The notes under the pieces: generated by a model
What the model was told of the DNA's origin: nothing
The model's input: the letters and a program-made list of their open reading frames with translations, nothing else
Databases searched by the model: none
DNA from: Gammaproteobacteria bacterium
Lineage (GTDB): Bacteria; Pseudomonadota; Gammaproteobacteria; Eutrophobiales; Eutrophobiaceae
Assembly: GCA_965261165.1 (NCBI GenBank)
Contig: OZ253445.1
Location: 973,987 to 1,037,986 of the forward strand
Length of the DNA: 64,000 nt
Direction: 5' to 3'
Program-made: the position numbers and the translations under genes
Shown here: in pieces, positions 1-8,322 of the stretch
How the letters are laid out: each line of letters begins with the position of its first letter
Position numbering within the stretch: position 1 is the stretch's first letter

Positions 1-45
1 TTTACCTGTTTCGGTAGAATCAGTGTGGATTATGCAAGGGTCTTT
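1..45 (-). repeat. Dispersed repeat family copy C (inverted, truncated by window edge)
   Basis: revcomp of 1-45 = ggaaagacccttgcataatccacactgattctaccgaaacaggtaaa, matching the cores at 20890-20925 and 35825-35862. Confidence 0.6.
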
Positions 46-565
46 CCTTTTTATATTCTATATTTATGGGAGGCAAGCTTTGCAGTTTATGCCGAAACTC
101 ATCTGTGATCTGTCTGGCATCATTGTTATTCCTGATCACGTGCGGTGCAAGTAATACAATCAATTCTGTTCGTCTCGACTCATCTACTGTTTGACCAAAT
201 AATTTACCCAAAAAAGGAATCTTATATAAACCAGGGACACCACTTTCATTCTTTGTTTGTGAATTCTGGATCAAACCACCAAGCACAATTGTTTCGCCAG
301 AGTTGATCGCAACCATAGTTTCAATTTCTCTTTGCTGGATTGTGGGTTCATCAATACTATAAGAGGTTGTGATAACTGCATTACTTACTTCTTGCTTAAT
401 TTCCAGAGTTGCCAGGCCACTCTTATTTACCCTTGGTGTAACCGTTAAAATTACACCTGTATTTCTGAATTGTATTTCATTAACTGTTGGGGCTTTCGGG
501 TCAATATTTATTAATCGATTAATGATACTCTGTAGTGGGTATGATGACCGGTTTGTCTTATTCAT
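20..565 (-). pseudogene. Secretin C-terminal domain fragment (GspD/PilQ/MshL-like); N-terminal N0/N1 domains absent
   Basis: 181 aa with secretin-domain motifs GETIVLGGL...SGVPGLYKIPFLGKLFG...ELIVLLAPHVI; only 140 nt separate it from the next gene, so no room for the ~400-aa N-terminal half. Confidence 0.6.
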
Positions 566-705
566 GATGATGATGATGGATTTAAATAACCACTGACATG
601 AAATCGAACCTCAATTTGATTATTTCGTTGTCTTTCTCTCGAACTGGCACGCACCCCATGGATTGATGTATCTTCAGTAAACAATAAGGGCCGGTTAATG
701 GCAAT

Positions 706-1140
706 CTAACAAAATACATCACGTAGCGCATGTATATCAACCCGCATATGAACCTTCACCATAATTTCAGAAAATAACCCCTCTTTTCTATCAGTTAAAG
801 TATGTGTACTAACTAAATCGCCACCACTTGATTCAATCAATGCCTTTATCTTTTTTTGTAGATCCGCAGCAACAGTTCCTAGCTTTTTATCTTCTAGGAA
901 ATCTGTCTTACTTGGGTTTTGCTTTTTCAGATGACCTATTTCATCTTTTATTAAATCGCTTTCCTGACTTGAAAGAATAAGTCTACTGGACTGAAACATC
1001 AAATCTTCTATATGTTCAGTATTTTCTCTCTCGGTGGATATTGCAGGTTGTACCAGTATCATATAAAAAGCTAAGATGACTAAAAGCAATATCCCTAGTG
1101 AGTAAATACTCTGCTGCAATTCAGGAGAAAAATTATTCAT
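706..1140 (-). CDS. GspM/PilO/MshJ-like inner-membrane pilus/T2SS assembly protein (possibly decayed)
   Basis: 144 aa, single N-terminal TM then soluble domain; sits directly upstream of the secretin fragment. Confidence 0.35.
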   Translation of the reverse strand: MNNFSPELQQSIYSLGILLLVILAFYMILVQPAISTERENTEHIEDLMFQSSRLILSSQESDLIKDEIGHLKKQNPSKTDFLEDKKLGTVAADLQKKIKALIESSGGDLVSTHTLTDRKEGLFSEIMVKVHMRVDIHALRDVFC

Positions 1141-1436
1141 ATCTCATTCTTTGCAACAGGATCTATGAGGATCTTGTTCATTGAAGTAGTTATTAATTTT
1201 GCAGATAGATGAAATACATCCTTACCGCTCACATTAGTTTTCTGTCACAGGCGATCTAAATTGCGCGTCTGAAAATCTCTCGGATGATTCGACAATCTGT
1301 ATTAACGAAAAGACATTGAATGACTCCCCTTGGATTTGTAACTCACCATTTTTTTATGACTAAACGTGTTAATCACATATCGTCTGGGATAATGCTTGTA
1401 ATTTCGTTAAACAATTCAACGCTACTTTAATTGTGA

Positions 1437-1475
1437 GACCTTTGCATAATTCACACTAATTCTACCAATGTTTAA
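1437..1475 (+). repeat. Dispersed repeat family partial copy D
   Basis: gacctttgcataattcacactaattctacc matches the start of copy B (35821-35855). Confidence 0.45.
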
Positions 1476-2074
1476 GATACTCATCCTTACTAGCATGGGA
1501 TGACCTAAGTGATGAATATACTGAAACAAATGCGTTATTTGGAGGCGCATTGCGTCTGAATGTTCGATAATTGAGAGGTTTTTATGGTGTTGATGTGACG
1601 ATTGAGGGAAAATTCTCGCAAAACGAAACCTTTTCATACAAACTTTATATAATAATGATGTTGCCTATATGATATTACCTGTACATTTTGTTCGGTGGTT
1701 TTGAATTATGCAAAAGTCTCATTGTATTTTTATGTTTGTTTTCCAGCAAATGAATTTGCTCAATAATATTTTGTTTCTCATCTTTTAATTTTTGCAGCTC
1801 AATGACGGTTTTTCTATTTATCTTTATCTCTCTTTTATAGAGTATCGAGTCGCTGTGCTTATTGTATTAGCGGCACATAAAGAACGGTAAGGAATAAGAA
1901 AAAAACAGATGCGGCCAAGGATAAAGTGAGATAATAAATATTGTTATTTGTATTGTCTCGTTGTTCCTTTGTTATTAAATTGATGTCTGTTTCATCAGGA
2001 TGCCGAGAAACATATTTTAGTGCATCAACCGTAATCCCCCAATTATTTAGTAATGTCAGAAATGGATTAATGTT

Positions 2075-2323
2075 TTATCTGAGCACAAGAAAGAGCTCGA
2101 CTTGCAACTTGTTTGCTTGTTTATCATGACCAACAATTTGATGATCATAATAAACTTGATTCTGACTAAAAGGGGTTCTACGATTCAGTTCAAAACCAAG
2201 CGCTTCCCTGAGGTTTGATTCAGCTGCTGATGGAAACGACAGCGTCTTCTTAAGCAGTATATTTTCAGGGGCAACTAAAACTAATTTTGCATGTTCTTCC
2301 TGGGTAAGCTGTGTCTGTTTCAT
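2075..2323 (-). pseudogene. GspL-like N-terminal (cytoplasmic domain) fragment
   Basis: 82 aa; VLVAPENILLKKTLSFPSAAESNLREALGFELNRRTPF parallels the GspL N-terminus (VLLLPAEQVLLLSVTLPKM..LAQALPYLLEEQL); remainder of the gene missing. Confidence 0.35.
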
Positions 2324-2663
2324 TATGCTCCTCTTTCTTGGTGGTTAGAGAAAGCTGTGAATAATAACGCAGCTTACCCGCTAACCAACTCATTAAGAGT
2401 TGCACTTAAAAATTGAATTCATATTATAAATCTAAACGATAAATTATATTCAGTTGTTTACAGTAATATCCGAGAAAAATGAATTTCCATCATATTTTCA
2501 TATCACTGCCATATTTGAGCCACATTGTTACTGCACTATATAACTCTCACTAGAATTAATTGGAGTTAAAATGAAAAATACGATCACTGCTTTTAAAGAT
2601 GAATCTTTCTTTGATTCTGACACTATTCATAAAAACCAGATTCTACAGCACCAGGCTATAGAT

Positions 2664-2670
2664 CCCCCCC
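2664..2670 (+). repeat. Poly-C tract (7 nt) inside a degraded small ORF region
   Basis: gatccccccctaag; surrounding frames 2571-3030 read as fragments of one gene split across two frames. Confidence 0.4.
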
Positions 2671-3055
2671 TAAGTTTACCTTAAGGATGGTCTTCAGAAA
2701 TATTATTATTTCATTGAAGAACAAAGGAATAATATCGAGCAACTACGTTCCCTGAAATTACATATACAAGCTACAGGGAAAATATGCCAGAAAGCTTGGC
2801 ATTGGGGTCGATTTTATAAATCATTTCATCCTATGCATGAATCATTCTGACTAACCACCTGGCGGAAAACGACAGATGATGAGAAACGGGTTCGTTTCAA
2901 TGAACAATTAAACTATTTGGCGACTCAGACTATTCGATTTAAATATGCGTACGAATTTTTATTAAAAATTGAAGATAGGTTTTGGCGTTATAAAAATAAT
3001 ATTCAAGTTTATGATTCAACATCCTAACTTATGTTATCTATCCTGGAATATAACC

Positions 3056-3436
3056 CTAATAAAAAAGATGCTCTGCGATATAGGCAAAGAAAAAACCTAC
3101 ACACAATATTCCTACTGAAATCCAATATAGCCAACAGTTCCATTGATGTGCCTTGGTACATAAGGCAGCTAACCCTGGATCAGTGGGACAGACACGCCCT
3201 GGTCGATAAAGTAACCAACCTCCTAAAAAAAATAATAAACATGATCCAGTAAATACCCATTTTTTGTGTAAGCTCAGAGTGATCAGAAATGGTAGATTAG
3301 ATGCCATAGCAGCAACTACAGCGCCCATGCCCAGACTTACAAGCATGATAGGTAAAGCACAACACAATAAGGTGCCGACAGAAGTAAATAAAATAAGCCA
3401 GCCCCATTTTTTTTGTTCGAGTTCTTGTTTTCGCAT
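3056..3436 (-). CDS. merT: MerT-like thiophilic-metal inner-membrane transporter
   Basis: 126 aa, 3 TM; vicinal CC in TM1 (GTLLCCALP), second Cys pair in loop (YRPGRVCPTDPGLAALC), C-terminal FY as in MerT. Confidence 0.65.
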   Translation of the reverse strand: MRKQELEQKKWGWLILFTSVGTLLCCALPIMLVSLGMGAVVAAMASNLPFLITLSLHKKWVFTGSCLLFFLGGWLLYRPGRVCPTDPGLAALCTKAHQWNCWLYWISVGILCVGFFFAYIAEHLFY

Positions 3437-3462
3437 GATTGATCTCTTAAAAAAAGTAACAC

Positions 3463-4341
3463 CTAAAAAGTTATGCCTATGGCAATTGAAAATTCAGAGC
3501 CACGAGAGTTGCTAATACCACTCTTTTTTTCATACACAGAATGTTTGTATTCAGTACGAAACATAAAGTTATCTTTGTAGAGAACCAATACAGGCCCCAT
3601 CTGTATCCGCTGCCCGCCTGAAGCTGTAGTTAAAGTAGCACTATTTGGATCATCATTATAACGAGCTGTTATATCCCACATTACAAAGACACCGGAATTT
3701 GTTTCATTACTATGAAAGGGGTGATAACCTAAATTGATGTCCAACCCGAGTTCATCTCCTTCATTCATTCCATGCTCGCCTTCTGTATTGAGCCAGTAAA
3801 TGAGATCGATCAACGTGTAATATTTAGGGCTTTCGCTACTGTAAGAAAAGCTTAATCCCAAATCCACACTACCATCACTAATGGGGAAATCTCCGGATGA
3901 ACTACCTGTAGGGACACGAACTGAAGGAGTAAAACTAAAATTTTCCGTGAATGCTCTTTTGTTGCGGTAGTATTTCAAGGGTAAGCCCAAGATCAGATCG
4001 CCTGGGCCAGCATTTGATTGCCGTACTCCAACGCTAGCAATTTTCTTTGTTCGTCTTTGCTCGACATAGGGTAATTTGAATGTTGCACGAATAGAACGAT
4101 CAAAAGTGTAAATACCTTCCAGCCATAGTGTCTCTACATAGCGTTTTAATCCAAGAGGATTAGATATCTCGGAATCTCCATCCATTAAATCATTTGATCC
4201 ATAATTCTGATAACGAACCTGATAACCAAATCCTTCACTCCAGCGAGGCGCCATATCCATGACCGGTTGATGTGCTGATACTGAAAATGAACATATCCAG
4301 ATTGACAATAAGAAAAGTGATTTTTTTATTTTAAGCACCAT
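3463..4341 (-). CDS. Outer-membrane beta-barrel protein (signal peptide, C-terminal Phe)
   Basis: 292 aa; cleavable signal peptide MVLKIKKSLFLLSIWICSFSVSA; alternating amphipathic strands; ends ...IAIGITF; 11-nt overlap with the upstream gene (translational coupling). Confidence 0.55.
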   Translation of the reverse strand: MVLKIKKSLFLLSIWICSFSVSAHQPVMDMAPRWSEGFGYQVRYQNYGSNDLMDGDSEISNPLGLKRYVETLWLEGIYTFDRSIRATFKLPYVEQRRTKKIASVGVRQSNAGPGDLILGLPLKYYRNKRAFTENFSFTPSVRVPTGSSSGDFPISDGSVDLGLSFSYSSESPKYYTLIDLIYWLNTEGEHGMNEGDELGLDINLGYHPFHSNETNSGVFVMWDITARYNDDPNSATLTTASGGQRIQMGPVLVLYKDNFMFRTEYKHSVYEKKSGISNSRGSEFSIAIGITF

Positions 4342-4789
4342 CTGCCTTATGCAGCGTCACCTTCCCATCAGCATCACTCACATAAGCCTCGACTGGCTCA
4401 TAGCCACCTTTAAGAATGGATTTAAAGACTTGCTCTAGATCTAAGAGGTCATTAGGTTTGATAGCAATGGTAACTTTTTGATCTTCAATTTCGACTTTCA
4501 CACCTTTCGTGTATTTTGATTTGTCGATAAATGGAAGTTTCGATAAATTACGCGTAACCCCTTGTGAACAGAAAGAGCAGACTATTCCATGCACAATAAT
4601 GACAGTTTCGCTCGGTAGTACAGATACATCAGCAGCGTCAACAGGCTTATCAAATCTTGGTTTAGATTTATGATCATGCCCTTCGAACCCATTGTGTTCA
4701 GCATAAACGGGAATTGATCCCACTGAGATAAACAGCACGAATGCTGAAAGAATTTTTCTTTTAAACATAACAACCTCATTTTTAAACAT
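4331..4789 (-). CDS. Periplasmic heavy-metal-associated (HMA) domain protein, MerP/CopZ-like, with His-rich N-terminus
   Basis: Signal peptide, EHNGFEGHDHKSK His-rich stretch, HMA motif HGIVCSFCSQG (GxxCxxC); 21-bp tandem duplication at the 5' end creates two in-frame Met codons. Confidence 0.6.
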   Translation of the reverse strand: MFKNEVVMFKRKILSAFVLFISVGSIPVYAEHNGFEGHDHKSKPRFDKPVDAADVSVLPSETVIIVHGIVCSFCSQGVTRNLSKLPFIDKSKYTKGVKVEIEDQKVTIAIKPNDLLDLEQVFKSILKGGYEPVEAYVSDADGKVTLHKADGA

Positions 4790-4868
4790 AACAACCTTAT
4801 AATAAACAAACTAATTCTTTAAATACGCTGATGCATAACTCCTGCATCACTCGTATCTCACTTCAGAT

Positions 4869-5222
4869 TTAAAGTATTATTTTTGGAGGTCGTATCGGTG
4901 GTGAGGAACTATTGGGAACTGTATGTTCGTTCTGAAGAAATTGGACTGATTGTTGAATCATTTGCACGATTATTAACGACGAATTGGAAATAAATACTAT
5001 TGAGCTACTACATATATTCATATCCTGACAGCAATTATTTGATGAGCTATCTGAAGACTTTTTTTGATCGGTATGACAATTATTACTTATCGTGTCTAAG
5101 GGCGTCTGCTGTGTATCAGTCTTATCAGACATGTCACAGCAACGTAGTACACTGCCTGCAGTTACATTTAGCGCAAAACTACAGAGTACAACAAGGTAGA
5201 TTATTCCAGATAGCTTATGCAT
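4869..5222 (-). CDS. Small secreted Cys-rich protein (candidate metal-binding, first gene of the metal operon)
   Basis: 117 aa; signal peptide MHKLSGIIYLVVLCSFALNVTAG; CC...C.H...CC...C pattern; low complexity so real translation is uncertain. Confidence 0.3.
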   Translation of the reverse strand: MHKLSGIIYLVVLCSFALNVTAGSVLRCCDMSDKTDTQQTPLDTISNNCHTDQKKSSDSSSNNCCQDMNICSSSIVFISNSSLIIVQMIQQSVQFLQNEHTVPNSSSPPIRPPKIIL

Positions 5223-5346
5223 GCTTTCAAGTTTAGTCCGATTACAGTAAAAAAAGATACACTAACGTGTTAGTAATTGGATTTATAGCAAAGTTCAATG
5301 GACATTGGGAACTGCAAGTTATAGCAGACTTACTTTGTTTTTTTCT

Positions 5347-5800
5347 TCACATACAAATCCGTGATACTACCGGCCTGTATCTCTGCTGAGAAATTAAGTG
5401 TTTCAGAAAAGGTGGGGATGAGGATGAATCGTTAGACTTATATCTTCCCAATCTGCGCCCATTTCTAATGCTAATACGGCTTCGGCGATTAGTCCCCCCC
5501 CCCCCCCGCATTTGGACCAACAATACCTGCGTCAAGTATTCGCTGATTGTCTGGATTCCATAATATTATTGTCAACCCTTCATCACGACCAATACTCAAG
5601 GCACGGCCACTGGCGGCCCAGGGGGAAACAGATTTTTCATATTTAATATGAGCTTTTCTTAGCATCGGTTTCTGCCAATTCCATCCATGCGAGCTCAGGA
5701 TCAGGGTACGCAGCTGAGGGAATAGTTAAGGCATCAAAAGATAAACCTACCCCAGTTTGACTCACCCTTTCTAAAAGGGACGGTTGTCCTAGAGGAGAGT
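5347..5800 (-). pseudogene. lpd: Dihydrolipoamide-dehydrogenase-like (pyridine nucleotide-disulfide oxidoreductase) C-terminal pseudogene with at least three homopolymer frameshifts
   Basis: Across three frames it reads ...FDALTIPSAAYPDPELAWMELAETDAKK / KAHIKYEKSVSPWAASGRALSIG..ILDAGIVGPNAG / LIAEAVLALEMGADWEDISLTIHPHP / TFSETLNFSAEIQAGSITDL. This is collinear with the Lpd C-terminus (FPWAASGRA...IVGxNGGEL..LAIEMG.DAEDIALTIHAHPTL...GSITDL). Frameshifts sit at the A4, C15 and G4 runs; the N-terminus is replaced by an IS3 fragment. Confidence 0.6.
5488..5502 (+). repeat. Poly-C tract, 15 nt
   Basis: agtccccccccccccccccgcatt; lies inside the lpd-like pseudogene at a frameshift point. Confidence 0.8.
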
Positions 5801-5821
5801 GAAGATAACAAGAGCAATAAG

Positions 5822-5975
5822 AAAGAGATTTAAGTGCGGAATTTAAACAAGAAGCGGTGAGATTACTGGAGCAAGGCGATAAAGAAGTCTCGCAGTTAGC
5901 CAGAGAACCGGGTGTTGCTGATGATGTTTTGTGCGCTGCCATTGAAGGTGGTGTCTATGGCCTTGACACGTCGTA
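5822..5975 (+). mobile_element. IS3-family transposase OrfA N-terminal fragment (remnant)
   Basis: Translation RDLSAEFKQEAVRLLEQGDKEVSQLAREPGVADDVL matches the IS3 OrfA HTH start (FSAEFKxEAV...); no start codon, stops after 51 aa. Confidence 0.55.
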
Positions 5976-6123
5976 AGCCATCTCGGCTGTAGTCTACTAC
6001 TCTGCCACTTGGTAAGGTCATCTGGGTAATATGGTCGCCATCGTCATAGAGATAACCCATCTTGTAGCGGGTGCCTTGGCTTTCGGTAAAGCTACCGTTG
6101 CTTATGTTGCTATTTAAAACCAA
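5976..6123 (-). pseudogene. Rhs YD-repeat stub (duplicated leader of the Rhs module, truncated by the IS3 fragment)
   Basis: LVLNSNISNGSFTESQGTRYKMGYLYDDGDHITQMTLPSGRVVDYSRDG; 5' region 6060-6200 is about 95% identical to 9262-9402. Confidence 0.6.
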
Positions 6124-6347
6124 AGAATACTTTCCTAGTTATGTTTCCTGGCCATGCTCTAAACTCCTTTTCAATTAAATAATTCTGTCACCTTTTTCAC
6201 AGTAATCAGATTAAGGGGCTTGTCACAAACTAATAATTTATTTCAACATCATTAAAAAAAGACGCGGCCCGTTTAATTCAGGGCTAGGGTAATTCTGTTC
6301 GTTATTTATACCGGTTTAAATATCTAATTTGGTACATTTGCCTTTAT

Positions 6348-6686
6348 CTATCCGCCAGTAAATATGGTTAAGGAGACGCCTCCACAAACAACCCAATCAA
6401 TAAAAATAAAAAAAAGAATATATTTACGATAAATTAAAAATTTATCATTAACCTTAAAACATAAGGCATATAAGACAACACATAATAATACTATTGGAAT
6501 CAATGAAAACAGTGATTCACGCACAAGAATAAATGGAGATAATCCAAATAAAATTAATGCAGATATAGTAGTAAAGAATGTTGAAAAAGCTAATTCTTTA
6601 AATAAAAAAAACAATAAGAAGATTAGATATACACCAATTCCGGCATATAAAATATCTTTAAGAAAGCTTTTAATTCTTACATCCAT
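6348..6686 (-). CDS. Putative Rhs immunity protein, small polytopic membrane protein
   Basis: 112 aa, 3-4 TM helices, immediately downstream of the Rhs C-terminal toxin ORF on the same strand. Confidence 0.45.
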   Translation of the reverse strand: MDVRIKSFLKDILYAGIGVYLIFLLFFLFKELAFSTFFTTISALILFGLSPFILVRESLFSLIPIVLLCVVLYALCFKVNDKFLIYRKYILFFIFIDWVVCGGVSLTIFTGG

Positions 6687-6704
6687 AACAGAGTAATCAA
6701 GGAG

Positions 6705-7367
6705 CTACTTCTGATCATTAAAATAGTTATATGATTCAATAGCTGCTGGAATACCTTCAAATGCTGGACCACCTGTATCCCAGAATGTATGACCAAGAAC
6801 GTCTAACATATCATCCAAATCATATTCACTAACTGGTCCATCTGGCATGGGATATTCATCAGGGGTGCCTTTACAACCTGCATATTTATGATTTTCATCT
6901 ACAAGCCCTCCATCATCATCATAAAAGCATTCTGCAATTGGACCTTCATCACATTTATCATCCCTTACCTCAAGGAATCCCCTAAAACCACAATGGAATA
7001 CGCGAGGATCACCAACATAAGGTTTCCAATCAGAATTATGTATTGGCGGTAAAGATGGACACGATGCAGTTAATCCATTTATATCAACTCCAATAATTGG
7101 ATTTTGTTCTACATACCCATAGGTATTCATCCCACCTCTCAACCCTATCGGATCACTGGTAATATACCTGCCTAACTCAGGATCATAATATCTAAAGTGG
7201 TTGTAATGCAGATTAGTCTCCGCATCATAGTATTGTCCAGGAAAGCGAAGGTTGACACTGACACTGCCTGATGCTGGGGTATTCCCAAACGCCTCACCTT
7301 CCCAGCGCCAGATGACCTTACGTGCCGCATCGACAGGCAAGCCGCTCAAAGTAAAGAAACCATTCAC
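6705..7367 (-). CDS. Orphan Rhs C-terminal module: core tail (RVxWRxE..DPxGL motif) + about 130-aa toxin domain of unknown type
   Basis: KVIWRWEGEAFGN...RYYDPELGRYITSDPIGLRGGMNTYGYVEQNP marks the end of the Rhs core; the following domain (TASCPS...FHCGFRGFLEVRDDKCDEGPIAEC...GHTFWD...) has no motif I recognise; GTG start, no full-length rhs upstream. Confidence 0.65.
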   Translation of the reverse strand: MNGFFTLSGLPVDAARKVIWRWEGEAFGNTPASGSVSVNLRFPGQYYDAETNLHYNHFRYYDPELGRYITSDPIGLRGGMNTYGYVEQNPIIGVDINGLTASCPSLPPIHNSDWKPYVGDPRVFHCGFRGFLEVRDDKCDEGPIAECFYDDDGGLVDENHKYAGCKGTPDEYPMPDGPVSEYDLDDMLDVLGHTFWDTGGPAFEGIPAAIESYNYFNDQK

Positions 7368-7654
7368 GTCTGTGGTGGTGGTGACCCCACTATTTAAAAA
7401 GCTAATGCAATTAGGGTATTGCCTATACTTACATGAAACGATAAGACAGATTCATACTCGGCTAAGAATACTATTATCAATAGACTTGACCAGTTTATTC
7501 TACTCTTGGTGTCTTCGCGGAACTGACAGTACTCAATTACTCAGGCACTGCTCCGCTGTACTACCGGGGTGAATGCGCAATTCCCCGGACGGGACCTTAA
7601 TCCGCTAGATAGCTTGCTAGTAACGGCGTACTACCTGACCCCGTTGTTTTGACC

Positions 7655-8320
7655 TCAATGTGATAGTAAGAGATAAATTCTAAACCAATTTAATTGACAT
7701 TGATCATTTAATTGACATTGATCTAAACTAAATTCAAACCCAGACCTCACATCATAAACTCTATGATCATCTAGCATTTTTTTGTCATCATATCTGTAAG
7801 CGTAAAAAGAAGAGTTCTCAAACGAGGGTTTACCAAAAAAATATTTAATGTTAGAAACTTCTAAATCTAGCGATAATTCATTGACTTTCATCGTCTTGCG
7901 ATCAATTAAATTAGACTTTGCACATCTCTTTGGATCAGTAAAGTCAGCTTTCCCAATCCATATAGCGGTGATGGTACTCCACCCACCTAAAGGGCCAGAC
8001 TGAAATATTACACTGGTATCATCTTCTTCTGATCTATAGCAAATCAGTTTTGGAGAATAGTTTTTCCTATTTGGTCTATAAAACATCGACTCACCAAAAA
8101 TAGCAATCACTTCATCAAATGTTGATGTGCCTATTATTATATTTGCTATTCTTAAATAGCTCTTATCAATAGTTTTATTATCGTATCTTGAATCCCATCC
8201 TAGTTCACCTAGTTCAGGTAAAGCAAATGGAACATCTGCAACACTTGCGCATGAAATTAAAAAACACATAATGAAACTTAATGTTTTCCTTATATTCTTA
8301 CGTATGAAATTAATTTCCAT
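7655..8320 (-). CDS. Putative Rhs immunity lipoprotein (periplasmic)
   Basis: 221 aa; signal peptide with lipobox LISC; directly downstream of the toxin ORF 8323..9324; 18-bp tandem duplication at the 3' end gives LDQCQLNDQCQLN. Confidence 0.5.
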   Translation of the reverse strand: MEINFIRKNIRKTLSFIMCFLISCASVADVPFALPELGELGWDSRYDNKTIDKSYLRIANIIIGTSTFDEVIAIFGESMFYRPNRKNYSPKLICYRSEEDDTSVIFQSGPLGGWSTITAIWIGKADFTDPKRCAKSNLIDRKTMKVNELSLDLEVSNIKYFFGKPSFENSSFYAYRYDDKKMLDDHRVYDVRSGFEFSLDQCQLNDQCQLNWFRIYLLLSH

Positions 8321-8322
8321 AG

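Noticed and set aside
5000-5236. 78-aa plus-strand ORF rich in Tyr/Ser
   Set aside because: Antisense to the Cys-rich secreted ORF; no signal or motifs.
5643-5942. 99-aa ORF in the six-frame track
   Set aside because: Chimeric: its C-terminal 45 codons are a real Lpd-like segment (kept under the lpd-like pseudogene), but the N-terminal half is the antisense of the IS3 OrfA fragment.
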